A DNA stretch of 56,186 nt from a virus (IMGVR_UViG_3300030012_002778:1-56186); one strand, 5' to 3'; counted from the first letter of the stretch, positions 1 to 10,210 are shown. Made by a program: numbers and translations. Notes: generated from the letters alone by a model not told the origin.

Positions 1-665
1 CGAATTAGGAAACTATTGTTATCTCCCGAATCGGGTAATGTTTGTCTATGTGCATCAGTGGATAAAGCAGTAGACAAAGCATCTGTGCTACAAGTCAAGG
101 TTGTGCATTTACCTAAAAAGTAATACAGCCATGCTCCATGATTAGCAACAAAATTAAGGCTACCTCCACTAAAAGAGGTAATTCCTTTATATTGATAGGT
201 TTTATTTCTACTTCCACCTAGAGATAAATTAATCTGCTTTGTTTCAACTTCGGTTGTTGGAAAAGTAGCACTCTCAAGAATACCTAACCATTGGTCGGAA
301 AGTAGTCTTTTTGCTGTATCAGCAGGAGCAGGAACAGGTGCGCCATATGACTTGATTACAAAATAGTCAGTAGAAGCGGCTGGTGCAGAAGGAGTTATTG
401 TTACGGAATTAGCATCATTAGAGGATATTCTGTGAGTGGATTGTAAAGCATCATTTGTATCGTATCTTTCTAAAAGACATCCTTTATACAAATTAGTAAC
501 TAATTCAAAGTCAGTATCAAAGGTTGCATTTACTTGTATGACGCTTTGTTCTGAACCGTCTAATGCTCCTCCACCATCTTTCAATCCTACACCTAAAAAT
601 AAATCATTTTCTGGTATGAATGTTATGCTTGCCCCGCTTCCTAAAAATATATCTGTATTTGCCAT
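1..665 (-). CDS. Probable major tail (tube) protein, 3'-truncated by window edge
   Basis: Open frame from ATG at 665 (MANTDIFLGSGASITFIPEND...) running off the left end; not in the ORF track. Ser/Thr/Gly-rich, beta-type composition; lies directly after the tail-terminator-like gene. Confidence 0.6.
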   Translation of the reverse strand, partial: MANTDIFLGSGASITFIPENDLFLGVGLKDGGGALDGSEQSVIQVNATFDTDFELVTNLYKGCLLERYDTNDALQSTHRISSNDANSVTITPSAPAASTDYFVIKSYGAPVPAPADTAKRLLSDQWLGILESATFPTTEVETKQINLSLGGSRNKTYQYKGITSFSGGSLNFVANHGAWLYYFLGKCTTLTCSTDALSTALSTDAHRQTLPDSGDNNSFLI

Positions 666-694
666 AATTAAACTCCCCCTTCCTAACTAACTTA

Positions 695-1228
695 CTAGGG
701 AACACTAACTGCGTATCTTTTTGCTTCTAAACTTATTTTATATCCAAAGAGTCTTTTTGCCCGGTCATTACTTTCGCTTCTTGCACCTAAAAAGAATTGT
801 GTAAACTTACTACCATCTGATGCAGTATAACCTCGCCTATTACTCTCAACCAATCTAGTTAATATCAAGTATATAGCCCTTAGCCTATCTTTGCCATAAG
901 AAGCGTCTAATCCGGAACGCTCATCATGAAGAACTCTAATGTGTAAAGTAAACGAATAGACTTCATTTTTGATGTCATAATGAATAGTAGGATAAGTTAT
1001 ATTCTGCGAATCCTCGAATACAACTATTGTAGCAGGAGAACGGCTCAAATCAACTCTAACTCCTTTATTGGCTGTAGTGGTTCTAATATCAATTATGTCA
1101 GGAGTTATTGCATGAGTAGCATTTATTTTTCCTTCATTAACTAAATCTTGTGTGGCTTGACTCCAAGTTTTACCTAGAGCCGCATTTGTATTTGTTAGCA
1201 TATCTATGAGAAGGCCGACTTCATCCAT
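695..1228 (-). CDS. Tail terminator/completion-like protein
   Basis: 177 aa, position between head-tail adaptor and tail tube gene; alternating beta pattern YSFTLHIRV...YKISLEA. Confidence 0.45.
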   Translation of the reverse strand: MDEVGLLIDMLTNTNAALGKTWSQATQDLVNEGKINATHAITPDIIDIRTTTANKGVRVDLSRSPATIVVFEDSQNITYPTIHYDIKNEVYSFTLHIRVLHDERSGLDASYGKDRLRAIYLILTRLVESNRRGYTASDGSKFTQFFLGARSESNDRAKRLFGYKISLEAKRYAVSVP

Positions 1229-1413
1229 TTTTCAACCTCCTTTTCAATTTTTAATTCTATTGCCTTAGCAATATCTTCTTCGATATATTGTTGTAATTCC
1301 TCGTCACTAAATGATATGTCTATTCCTAATTGTTCTGATAATTCTTGCATAGCCAGTTGTCTTTCTTTATGTATAGCAACTATTTCTAAGGCTTCTTTAT
1401 TCATATCAATCAC
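1204..1413 (-). CDS. Hypothetical small protein
   Basis: Overlapping start/stop coupling with both neighbours in the minus-strand operon. Confidence 0.6.
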   Translation of the reverse strand: MIDMNKEALEIVAIHKERQLAMQELSEQLGIDISFSDEELQQYIEEDIAKAIELKIEKEVEKWMKSAFS

Positions 1414-2702
1414 AACAAATAAACAAGGTCTGCTTTACCCTTAAGAATAGCCATAGCCTCATTTCTAAGAATATCATATTTTTCTTTAGTAGAGATGTTT
1501 GCTCCTGTTTCAGCAATAAGAATACTTTGGTCATCGTGTCTTATTATTTCAGCCGCTACCATTTTAGTGGTTGCTTCGTGTATTGCTGAAGGAACTCTAC
1601 CCGAACCTGCTAGATAAGAGACAATAATTGAGTTGTTTGGATGATAAGGATATTCTTGTAAAAAGAATATTCTGCCTTCTTCATTAAGTAGCCAATAATC
1701 TTTAAGACGACCATGTGTTTCTTTATCTGTAAATGGGCTAACAGAACAAACTGTAGGTATTCCTGTTCCGGAAGTAAATGTTAGAGTGTTAGTTCCTGCG
1801 CTCGCACTAGCACTTAGAACAATAGTGTTTGAATCAGTAATAGACGAGATAGTAGTTCCGGAAGAAATACCCGTCCCGCTAACTTCCATACCAACTGCTA
1901 ATTTACTAGAATCAACTACTGTTAGATTGGAACTTCCATTAGCAGTGCATGATTGTTCTGTTGTTACTTTGATTACACAATCTGTTCCATCGTCTCCCGA
2001 TAATAATGAAGAAAAGAAAACAGTAGTTCCATCCTGTGTATCTTTTTGAGCAAAAAAGAAATCAGATATAGATAAATTAGAGGAGGTTAATTCTTTAGCC
2101 GCAGAAGCATTAGTAAATTGAGAAGTTTTAGGATATTCTTCATTAACTAATGCTTCTATTTCTGAATTTGTTGTTTTGATTCCAAAGGTGTTACAGAACT
2201 CATCATTACCTAAATTAGTAATATCATTTTCAGCATTCATAGTAAAAGATACACCGCTATTAGGAAGTTGAAGAATAATTGATTTTAAGTCTCTAAAGTT
2301 ATCTTGTAGAGTTATTCCTGCTTGTGCTGACGCTATCTCTAAATAATTACTACCGTTCCACACTTGTAAGGAAACAACCTTTCTGACTTTCATCTTAGTA
2401 AGTTGAACAAAACCTACATATCCACCATATAGTGTATAGCCCGGAGAGTTTCTATATTCAAAACTGTGAAACTCTTGTTTAGTAAGTATTGGTCTAAAGG
2501 AACGCTTTACCTTATCATCTACTATGCCCTCTACCCTCTTTATTATATTGCCAACTTGTGCTAGTGTTGGATAAGTAGAAACAGAAAAGGCGGGTATTTG
2601 TAACATATTAGCAACTTCTGTTGCGTTAGTGTAAAATCCTCTCCCTTGTGTATAATTAGGATTTATTTCCGTATAGTCGCTTGGCGAGGTAGTTATTCCC
2701 AT
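1410..2702 (-). CDS. Head-tail adaptor/connector-like protein with internal beta-rich insertion
   Basis: C-terminal 'IIVSYLAGSGRVPSAIHEATTKMVA' matches the Y-x-x-G...P-x-x-I-x-x-A pattern of gp6-type adaptors; central Ser/Thr-rich 'GMEVSGTGISSGTTISSI' segment. Confidence 0.55.
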   Translation of the reverse strand: MGITTSPSDYTEINPNYTQGRGFYTNATEVANMLQIPAFSVSTYPTLAQVGNIIKRVEGIVDDKVKRSFRPILTKQEFHSFEYRNSPGYTLYGGYVGFVQLTKMKVRKVVSLQVWNGSNYLEIASAQAGITLQDNFRDLKSIILQLPNSGVSFTMNAENDITNLGNDEFCNTFGIKTTNSEIEALVNEEYPKTSQFTNASAAKELTSSNLSISDFFFAQKDTQDGTTVFFSSLLSGDDGTDCVIKVTTEQSCTANGSSNLTVVDSSKLAVGMEVSGTGISSGTTISSITDSNTIVLSASASAGTNTLTFTSGTGIPTVCSVSPFTDKETHGRLKDYWLLNEEGRIFFLQEYPYHPNNSIIVSYLAGSGRVPSAIHEATTKMVAAEIIRHDDQSILIAETGANISTKEKYDILRNEAMAILKGKADLVYLL

Positions 2703-2706
2703 TTAC

Positions 2707-3846
2707 TTACACTCCCGTAGTTACTCCTTGCCTTCTTAACATTTTAAGTCTCTTTTCTAATCCATTAATGTGCTTTTGCATTATCACATTTACTCCGCTA
2801 GATTCTACCCCTACATTATATGGGCTAAAATCAAAATATCCATGCCCTATTATGTAATATACACAATTGAGTGAAGCGTTTTTGAATTTTTCATTAAGTT
2901 CTCCAAGAGAATGAGAAGCGGCTTGTTTTTTACCCTTTCTTTCGGTAGTCACTAGTTTACACTCAATCTCTAGGCTCTTAACGGTTTGTAGAGATTTTAA
3001 ATCTCCATCTAATGGCTTTAGAAGTTTTTTCATATTTGTCTTCATCCATTCCTCTACTTTCTTTTCAAATTCTTCTGAAGTCTTTAATCGTGCTACTGAT
3101 TCTGGATTCACGGTTGTTTCAAGTATTAGTTCTGCAAAACTATCTAATTCAAATGGAAAAGAAAACACCGCTTCTGCTGCTTTAAATTTAGAATGTCCTT
3201 TTGTAATATATCTAGCAGATTTAACTCCTTTTGCTTTAATTATATTGGCTTTAGTTTCTGCCTGTCTTTCAGGAGATACAGAAGGATAATAGATTATAGT
3301 GTTTGCATTTTTCAGTTGAGTATTTTTTCCAGAAGAATAAGAATACTTACCAGTAGGTTCTCCGGTCTTAGAATTAAAAGATGGTCTTAAGACAAATTCT
3401 GTTTCTATACCATAATCCTTGAAGGTTTTAAGATAATCAAAATCTGGAATTTCTTCTAAGTCTCTTCCAAACTTCATAAAGGTAAAACCAATTATTTTAT
3501 TTTTTACATCTGTATCGGTTACTAAACTCTTTAGAGAAGTTCTTTTTATCATTTTTTTATTTTTTTCTTTGTCTTTATCCGTTTTTCCTAGACTTCTAGC
3601 AAATCCTTCTGATTCAGACAAAAAATCATATGAGTTTGAACTTAAAACTGAATCTAATATAGACTGTATCTCGCCTATGAATTCACCTTCTTGATTATTT
3701 TTTCTAGTTTGTTTTTTCGCTGATTTTAATTTACTGACAAAAGAGCCTTCATTTCTAAAAAGATACTGTTCTAGTTCTTGTTTTATATCTTCTTTATCAT
3801 CGGGAAAAGCCTTCGGTAAGGTTCCCCAGTTGAATGCAATTGACAA
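2707..3846 (-). CDS. Hypothetical Lys-rich protein
   Basis: 379-aa ORF, TTG start with GTGA-type RBS; no recognisable motif. Confidence 0.7.
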   Translation of the reverse strand: MSIAFNWGTLPKAFPDDKEDIKQELEQYLFRNEGSFVSKLKSAKKQTRKNNQEGEFIGEIQSILDSVLSSNSYDFLSESEGFARSLGKTDKDKEKNKKMIKRTSLKSLVTDTDVKNKIIGFTFMKFGRDLEEIPDFDYLKTFKDYGIETEFVLRPSFNSKTGEPTGKYSYSSGKNTQLKNANTIIYYPSVSPERQAETKANIIKAKGVKSARYITKGHSKFKAAEAVFSFPFELDSFAELILETTVNPESVARLKTSEEFEKKVEEWMKTNMKKLLKPLDGDLKSLQTVKSLEIECKLVTTERKGKKQAASHSLGELNEKFKNASLNCVYYIIGHGYFDFSPYNVGVESSGVNVIMQKHINGLEKRLKMLRRQGVTTGV

Positions 3847-3858
3847 ATTAAATCACAC

Positions 3859-4515
3859 TCACATTAACCATTTAGCCCAAGCCGCACCTTTCTGTATAGC
3901 ACTACCTAAACCTAATCCGCTTTGTGGAGGTTCGTAACTCATTTGCCCTTGAGCATCTATCCAATATGGTCTACCATATCCATCTGTTCCGCTAGGAGGA
4001 ACTGGATATCCACTACCATTATTCATAGCACCCTGCATTTGGTTATATTGTTGCATATTACCTGTTAATCCTGCAATTGCTACTCCTGCTGTTGGTTGTG
4101 TTGGCATTTGTCCTCCTCCACCAAACCCTTGAGATTCTAAATATTGCTGTTTAGCCATTTTTCTTTGCATGACAACTTCAGTATTGATAGCCGCACCTAG
4201 AATCTTTTGAATATCTAGGTCAATATTCTCTTGGGTTATCCTTTCAAATTCCCTCATAGCATCGGGGTTAATTGTGATGTTTCCCCCTGATGTCGTAAAA
4301 GAAAGTTTACCTAACATTTGCGAAACCACTCTTTCGATGACATCTTCCATTAACTGTTCTAAAGCAGTTAAGAATTGTTCACCATGGTATTGAAAAAATT
4401 CTTCAACATGATTTTCTTGTAGTGAAAGTAAGTTATTTACATTCTTGAAATTTTGGTCGCCCTGTGCTTGAACTGCACCCAATACTGTTCCGTTACTTGT
4501 TCCTAGTATTCCCAT
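3859..4515 (-). CDS. Hypothetical protein (helical N-half, Gln/Gly/Pro-rich C-half, amphipathic C-terminus)
   Basis: 218-aa ORF ending GLGSAIQKGAAWAKWLM; part of GTPase cluster. Confidence 0.75.
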   Translation of the reverse strand: MGILGTSNGTVLGAVQAQGDQNFKNVNNLLSLQENHVEEFFQYHGEQFLTALEQLMEDVIERVVSQMLGKLSFTTSGGNITINPDAMREFERITQENIDLDIQKILGAAINTEVVMQRKMAKQQYLESQGFGGGGQMPTQPTAGVAIAGLTGNMQQYNQMQGAMNNGSGYPVPPSGTDGYGRPYWIDAQGQMSYEPPQSGLGLGSAIQKGAAWAKWLM

Positions 4516-4517
4516 AT

Positions 4518-5198
4518 CTATTCCTCTTTTGGCTCCTCTTTGGTTTCTTTTTCTATCTTAGGGGCTTTAACACCTTGATTTATCATTAGATAATTTAATC
4601 TATCTGTTAATATATTTATTTCTCCAACGATTTCAATTGCTTCGTTAGTGGCAGACCTATTATCGCCTAATGTGGGTGGCTTAATAAAATAACCTGCGGC
4701 AGTTAAAGAAACAATATCTTCTTTAGATAAATTCTTTATTGGGCCGCTTTTTAAAATCTTAGGTGTTTTCGGAATAAATCGCTTAAACTCTAAGCCGTGT
4801 TTATCTGCAAGTATCTGTTGTTGTAACATTTCTAATTGCATAAAATGAGCCGCATGTTTAGGACAGTATGTTCCCATTAATGGCCTACCTTTTATTACCC
4901 CATCTAAAGGAATAGGTGGCCTCATATAATCTCCCGGTTCCCAAACATGATGCATTCCACAAACAACACACCTATCTTTTAGATTGAATTTTTTCCCATA
5001 CTTGATAAAAAGCAATTTTTTAGGTTCTGCTTTCAAAACTCTAATTAATTCTTTTTGTTGTTTTTTAGGCTTAATTGCCATAAACTTGTATTCTTGAACT
5101 ATACCACTTGCTCTAGCCATTTGTAGTGGGGTCATTCCATATGCAACCCCTTGTGATTGCATATTATTTTGTCCTATCATATTTGGTTGTTGATACAT
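4518..5198 (-). CDS. Zn-finger-containing hypothetical protein
   Basis: CVVC...CPKH motif; Gln-rich N-terminus. Confidence 0.7.
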   Translation of the reverse strand: MYQQPNMIGQNNMQSQGVAYGMTPLQMARASGIVQEYKFMAIKPKKQQKELIRVLKAEPKKLLFIKYGKKFNLKDRCVVCGMHHVWEPGDYMRPPIPLDGVIKGRPLMGTYCPKHAAHFMQLEMLQQQILADKHGLEFKRFIPKTPKILKSGPIKNLSKEDIVSLTAAGYFIKPPTLGDNRSATNEAIEIVGEINILTDRLNYLMINQGVKAPKIEKETKEEPKEE

Positions 5199-5207
5199 AC
5201 TTTTACC

Positions 5208-5876
5208 TCAATAATCTTTTATCATCGTCATTACTCCTCTATATACCATTTCGGGGTCTGACTTTGCTGATACTATATACTTGAAACAAGGAATGCCTTT
5301 GTCATTCAGTTGTCTCATACCATACTTAAAAGGTTCAAATATTTTATGTTTGTCAATTGGTTGGTCTTGTTCCAAAGGATATTTTTCTCCCCATATATCG
5401 TATTTATTAGCCCATATTGCTACAGCCATAGGATAATCTGAATCTTTTTTCTTTCTACCAGTAGGCCATCTGCTAGAAACAATAGTATCTACTAAAAATT
5501 TCCAAGCCACTTGATGGTCTAGGTTTGCCTTATTATCCAAATGCCTATGGTCAATCATAAAAATAACATATTTAACTCTACGACCCTGCATATCCTTTAC
5601 CCATTCTTTCCAATAAACTGCTTCTCCTCCGATATCGGCACTCTTTATTGTATGGGAATCTCCATCTATTTTTACATTCTTTCTTGATGCTCTATGCAAA
5701 CCAACAGTTCTTTCATTAATTTGGGGAACTTCCCCTCTTGTTCTTAGTTGGTGACTTAAGGTTGTTTTACCAACCATAGTCGCTCCATATACTCCAAAAT
5801 TAATTGCGTGGACTTTTTTCCAAAAACCGATAATTGCTTCACCTACTAATATGGCAAAGCCAGTCATCAATGACAT
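5208..5876 (-). CDS. Small GTPase, Ras superfamily (Arf/Sar-like)
   Basis: G1 GATMVGKT, G2 RTVG, G3 DIGGE, G4 NKYD, G5 SAK; N-terminal hydrophobic/amphipathic helix. Start reassigned to ATG 5876 (MSLMTGF). Confidence 0.85.
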   Translation of the reverse strand: MSLMTGFAILVGEAIIGFWKKVHAINFGVYGATMVGKTTLSHQLRTRGEVPQINERTVGLHRASRKNVKIDGDSHTIKSADIGGEAVYWKEWVKDMQGRRVKYVIFMIDHRHLDNKANLDHQVAWKFLVDTIVSSRWPTGRKKKDSDYPMAVAIWANKYDIWGEKYPLEQDQPIDKHKIFEPFKYGMRQLNDKGIPCFKYIVSAKSDPEMVYRGVMTMIKDY

Positions 5877-5877
5877 A

Positions 5878-6096
5878 TCAATGACTCCATAAATCACTCA
5901 ATCTATCTATAATCCATCCCATTATATTGATGTCAAAAACACCCATAATGTTTCCAATTAGAAACATAGCGAGGGTAGAGCAACTACCCCAAAACCATGC
6001 TCTCATTTTCAAAAAGAAAATATCAGCAGAATGCGCCCTAGACTGATTATAGGCATAATCAGAATCAGAAAACCCTAGCAAATCGCTAACGACCAA
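5878..6096 (-). CDS. Small membrane protein
   Basis: Hydrophobic stretch AWFWGSCSTLAMFLIGNIMGVF. Confidence 0.7.
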   Translation of the reverse strand: MVVSDLLGFSDSDYAYNQSRAHSADIFFLKMRAWFWGSCSTLAMFLIGNIMGVFDINIMGWIIDRLSDLWSH

Positions 6097-6108
6097 TTAA
6101 CCAACCCC

Positions 6109-6495
6109 TCACTGTAGGGCGGCTAAAAACTCATTACCAACGGTATTCTCGTCTTCTTGTGTTGGTGGGGTATAGAAACTAGTATTGTATTGTCTAGCAC
6201 TTTCACGCATTTTTTGTCGTTGTTGTTCGTCCCTAGCCTTTCTTTCCCAAAATGCTCCTATCTTTCTATCAAGTAGCCACATTTCTATTTTATCATTGAG
6301 TGCTAAATCAAATAGAGCCTTCATAACCATAATTGCTCCAATTGTTCCTAATCCAAATAGAACAGAATGTGCTATTGGCCCATAAGGAAAACCTGTCCCA
6401 AATGTCGCATAAGCAAACACATTCGCTCCACTCAATGCGCCAACAAAGAGTATAGTCATCACTAATCTAGTATCTTGGTTCAAAACTGCCATCAT
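6109..6495 (-). CDS. Two-TM membrane protein with coiled C-tail
   Basis: Two hydrophobic segments (LVMTILFVGALSGANVFAY; VLFGLGTIGAIMVMKALF). Confidence 0.75.
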   Translation of the reverse strand: MMAVLNQDTRLVMTILFVGALSGANVFAYATFGTGFPYGPIAHSVLFGLGTIGAIMVMKALFDLALNDKIEMWLLDRKIGAFWERKARDEQQRQKMRESARQYNTSFYTPPTQEDENTVGNEFLAALQ

Positions 6496-6501
6496 AAAAC
6501 C

Positions 6502-6792
6502 TCAAGCAAATTCAACGGAGACAGCCGCACCAATACCAGTCCCAGTCGCTATGTCAAGATATAGACCGTTACTAGCAATAACGCCATGCATGTCAAACTC
6601 TAAGGCGGACATTTGGGGTTTTAGATTTATTCTCGCTAATTCTTTACCACTTGCGGCAGAAGAATTATCAAAAACTCTAACTAATGTAGGGTTTGTTCCT
6701 GTTAATTGTGCGTGAATAGAAACTAATTTGCATCTTTCAGCACTAACGACTGCGCTTGCAGTTAAAACCCCACTACTTCTACAACTAGCCAT
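6502..6792 (-). CDS. Small beta-rich virion-associated protein (putative)
   Basis: 96 aa, Gly/Ala/Ser-rich, downstream of capsid gene. Confidence 0.55.
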   Translation of the reverse strand: MASCRSSGVLTASAVVSAERCKLVSIHAQLTGTNPTLVRVFDNSSAASGKELARINLKPQMSALEFDMHGVIASNGLYLDIATGTGIGAAVSVEFA

Positions 6793-6838
6793 AGGTAGTC
6801 CTCCGTCAAACTTTCAACCTTACAACTACTTCTTAACC

Positions 6839-7183
6839 TTATTCCTCTTTTTGAGGAGTTTTGGCCTTAGACTTTGTAGTTTTAGGTTTCGGTTTAGAGA
6901 CTTTAGGCTTCTTTTTAACGGGCAGAAGAAGTGCCTCTAACTCTTTATGAGTAGAGACATCCTCTCCTGTTGTTTTAGCCGCCAATAGCAATTGCTTAGG
7001 AGATAAAGATAGAAGTGTTTCTCTATCTTTTTCTTCAAAGGTAAATACTAAATCTCTAGAGTTTAGTCTTCCTAAAGCCCAACGAACAGAAACACTAGCG
7101 GATTTCTTCTTTGTGATTCTTCCCGCAGGAGTGTCTGTTGCATTGAACCTAGAACAACCTTCAGCAACTATAACTGTTACCAA
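6839..7183 (-). CDS. Hypothetical protein with Lys/Pro-rich tail
   Basis: TTG start with GAGGTGA RBS; typical post-capsid small gene. Confidence 0.65.
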   Translation of the reverse strand: MVTVIVAEGCSRFNATDTPAGRITKKKSASVSVRWALGRLNSRDLVFTFEEKDRETLLSLSPKQLLLAAKTTGEDVSTHKELEALLLPVKKKPKVSKPKPKTTKSKAKTPQKEE

Positions 7184-7193
7184 TTAAGTCACC

Positions 7194-7541
7194 TCAAAGG
7201 TTTCCCCAAACTCTAACCCTAACAGTAGTATCTGTAATGTCTCCGTTTGCAGCAGCATTTGTTCCATCATTCGCTGTAAACAATAAAGCGAAACTAGAAC
7301 TGCTTTCATAAGCACCTGCGGCTGAAATTTCTACATCTACTTGATGAGTAGCGGGGATAGAATTACCTGTTATGGTTACACAAGAAATACTTGATAGTCC
7401 CAACGATGCAGCAGTTACAACTTCTCCTCCGTTAGTAGCAGTAGTTACTAAAAGAGAAGCATCAACCACATATTCATCACCAACAACTCTAGGGTTAGTG
7501 TAGCCTTTATGGTCGGCTAACAATGTTACTGTATGTGCCAA
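7194..7541 (-). CDS. Putative capsid decoration/minor head protein
   Basis: Immediately after major capsid gene, GAGGTGG RBS, Ala/Thr/Val-rich beta composition. Confidence 0.5.
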   Translation of the reverse strand: MAHTVTLLADHKGYTNPRVVGDEYVVDASLLVTTATNGGEVVTAASLGLSSISCVTITGNSIPATHQVDVEISAAGAYESSSSFALLFTANDGTNAAANGDITDTTVRVRVWGNL

Positions 7542-7551
7542 TTAAACCACC

Positions 7552-8946
7552 TCACAGTAGGTTGGTAATCTTGCCTTGACCCTTAAAGTATGAACAACCA
7601 ACTTCTGCAATTGTTCGGTAAAGAGCCTTGTTACCTAGAGTTCCAACACCGAATGGGTTTCCACTAGCAATACCATCCTCAAAGTATTGAGTTGGTTTCA
7701 TAACAGATAGCCATAGGTGGTCAGTATCTAGGAACAACATATCACTTATTGGATTAGCAGTTGCAGATGTTTTAGACATAGCCGCTACGGGAATCAATGG
7801 GATATCATAGTATGTAGAAACTCTAAATCCTACTTCAGCACCCTTTGTTCCTCTAACACCGTTTACAGTTGGAACAATTTCTTTTCTATCCATGAATCTC
7901 TCTTGTGCTTGTAATAAGTCAGCAAGAGTTTGAATGGTATCATATCCAGTTAGAATAACCTTTGGTGAACCACCGGCTTCACGAAGTAGTCTTAGAGTAT
8001 TGTTGATTACAGTCAAAGTTAATTGACGACCACCAGTAGCGGAATAATCATCATTATCATCTACTTGAGCATCTAGGAATCCTGAACCTGATGCACCACG
8101 AACAGTTCCGTAAAGTCTCTTCATTGGTTCATTGTCAGCATCATCTGTTCCCGCATTGTTATCATACTTTAGAGAGTAGAAATCATCGGAATCCATTTGT
8201 GTGATTTCAGCCGCAGAAGATACAACCTTCAATAGAGAAGTATAATTTCTATCTAACAAATCAAGAGATTCGCTGCTTCCGGAACCAAGATAGAATTCAA
8301 GTGGCATAACTAGCATTTTGTTTTGAGTTTCAGCATGGTGCTTACCCATATCCTCTCTCATTTGCGCTCTAATGTCACCAATTCCATCATCAATTGCTGC
8401 CATTTCCATAGCCAATTCGCTAAAGTCGAATTGATGTGCAATTGTTTTAGGACTTGTAAATAGTGTAGTGTAAGTTGGGGCAATAGCCGCTAATCCGTCA
8501 AGTGCCTCGTCTAATCGTGCATTTTCCGGAACACCACCAATAGTATCTGCTCTTGGAGTTGTTGAACCAATGTTTGCAGCAGTTGGGGTTCCTACGCCAT
8601 CGTCACTGTTTGCCGCTACTGCTAGAGAGTTTCCACTTCCACCGGCAGGTCTTTCTGTCATTATTCTCCATCCACTAGATGTATATGGCCTCTTTGAAAT
8701 AACTGAAAGAGCATTACATTCCCTGTTTAGCATTGACCAAACTTTTTGTCCGAAAATCTTGTTGTAAAGACCACCGACATCAGAAATACCAACATTACCA
8801 GCGACATTTGCCGCATTGGTATCATGACCAACATGAATACCTGCAACAGTTCCCGCTTGCTTCAACAATTGGTTGTTAAAGCCGGTTGCTCCGGTTAGTC
8901 CATATGTTCTTGCTTCTAAATCTGCCATTGTATTAATGTAACTCAT
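7552..8946 (-). CDS. Major capsid protein (HK97 fold)
   Basis: 464 aa directly after protease-scaffold; 'SPKTIAHQFDFSELA', 'STYYDIPLIP', 'MLFLDTDHL', C-terminal 'GQGKITNL' typical of HK97-like MCPs. Confidence 0.85.
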   Translation of the reverse strand: MSYINTMADLEARTYGLTGATGFNNQLLKQAGTVAGIHVGHDTNAANVAGNVGISDVGGLYNKIFGQKVWSMLNRECNALSVISKRPYTSSGWRIMTERPAGGSGNSLAVAANSDDGVGTPTAANIGSTTPRADTIGGVPENARLDEALDGLAAIAPTYTTLFTSPKTIAHQFDFSELAMEMAAIDDGIGDIRAQMREDMGKHHAETQNKMLVMPLEFYLGSGSSESLDLLDRNYTSLLKVVSSAAEITQMDSDDFYSLKYDNNAGTDDADNEPMKRLYGTVRGASGSGFLDAQVDDNDDYSATGGRQLTLTVINNTLRLLREAGGSPKVILTGYDTIQTLADLLQAQERFMDRKEIVPTVNGVRGTKGAEVGFRVSTYYDIPLIPVAAMSKTSATANPISDMLFLDTDHLWLSVMKPTQYFEDGIASGNPFGVGTLGNKALYRTIAEVGCSYFKGQGKITNLL

Positions 8947-8947
8947 C

Positions 8948-10192
8948 TTAAATGCCTCCTACCATCTTGTGGATATCATTCCAGTCCATTTCGGCTAGTT
9001 CTTCCATAGTTGGGAGTGTTATTGTTGCCTCTTCTTGTGCTTTTAGAATTGTTTCCTTTTCAGCAGTTAGAGACTTTCTTAGTGCAGTAAATTCTTCTTT
9101 TAGAGAAGCAATTTCGTTTTGTGCATCATATTCAGACTTTGCTAGAACATTTTCTTTATGTGCTACTTCAGCCGCAAATCGAGCCTCAAATGATTTCTGC
9201 AAGTTATCGTATGCCAACTTTTCTAGTTGTTCTTGTCGGAAAGCCTCATATGCTTTCTCGATGTTAGCGTTAGACAAATCAAGAGTTTGTAGTTCTTCAT
9301 TGTCAAATGCTTTTACAACTGGTAGGTCAGAAGGTTTTGGTCTTCCTCCCTCAATGATGATTCTATCGGCTGGTTCACCGATTTCGACACCTGCTCCGTC
9401 AAGAGTTGAAACGACTGCTTTTGCTTCTTTGTCATGATACATGCCTTTTTCTTCATCCATCTTTTCATCGTCGTCAGCCATCTTTTCGTCAGCCATCTTT
9501 TCTTCCATCATTTTTTCGTCCATCATTTTTTCGTTCATCATCTTTTCATCTTCCGACATATCCATACTCTCCATGTCTTCTTCTTTACGAAGAGTATTGA
9601 CTTCTGCCATTAGCGCATCTAACTCTTCTAGTGCTTTTTCAATTTTGCTCATATTTTTCACTTCCTTTTCTTGTTTAAGAATATCAAACTTTGCTTCCGG
9701 GTTTATTCCTTTTTCACAGATTGTAACCTCATGTAGTTCTAGTTTGCTTATTTCATTGTATTGTCCTAGTTCGGGGTGGCTTTTCTTTACTTTCTGTATT
9801 GCCTGTCCTCCAATGCTAAAACTCCTCAATGAACCTTTTCTAACGCCTCTTCCTATTTCTTTGGCTTTTTCTATATCGTCTCTTAATTTAATTACTACAA
9901 AAAATCCTACATCATCTACTTCTGTTTTCCATAGTTTTCCATTTGAATCTCTATATGATTTTACTACTTCCCCTACTTGAACATTAGAATGATTTGTCAT
10001 TACATTTCTAAATTTTGGATTCTCCATATATTTCTCTACTGCTTCTTCCAGTGCTTTGAGTGTGATTAAATCATTTTGCTTATCAACGATTTCGATGCTT
10101 GCATATCCTCCAATCATCAAATCTTCTTGATTTTTAAGAATTCTGAAATCTGTAGTCTTGTTTCTAACTACCGCAGAAATCATCCTCCTCAA
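8948..10192 (-). CDS. Prohead protease (HK97/U35-type) fused to C-terminal scaffold
   Basis: IGGYAS..VDKQNDLI, NH..VQVG, RSFSIGG (catalytic Ser), LHEVTIC..GINPEA; acidic coiled-coil C-half. Confidence 0.9.
   Translation of the reverse strand: MRRMISAVVRNKTTDFRILKNQEDLMIGGYASIEIVDKQNDLITLKALEEAVEKYMENPKFRNVMTNHSNVQVGEVVKSYRDSNGKLWKTEVDDVGFFVVIKLRDDIEKAKEIGRGVRKGSLRSFSIGGQAIQKVKKSHPELGQYNEISKLELHEVTICEKGINPEAKFDILKQEKEVKNMSKIEKALEELDALMAEVNTLRKEEDMESMDMSEDEKMMNEKMMDEKMMEEKMADEKMADDDEKMDEEKGMYHDKEAKAVVSTLDGAGVEIGEPADRIIIEGGRPKPSDLPVVKAFDNEELQTLDLSNANIEKAYEAFRQEQLEKLAYDNLQKSFEARFAAEVAHKENVLAKSEYDAQNEIASLKEEFTALRKSLTAEKETILKAQEEATITLPTMEELAEMDWNDIHKMVGGI
9458..9552 (-). repeat. 15-nt tandem coding repeat encoding (D/E/N)EKM(M/A) units in scaffold
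   Basis: Units like catcttttcgtcagc at about 9458, 9479, 9494, 9509, 9524 and 9539. Confidence 0.8.
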
Positions 10193-10210
10193 CTCCTTGT
10201 TACATTAACC

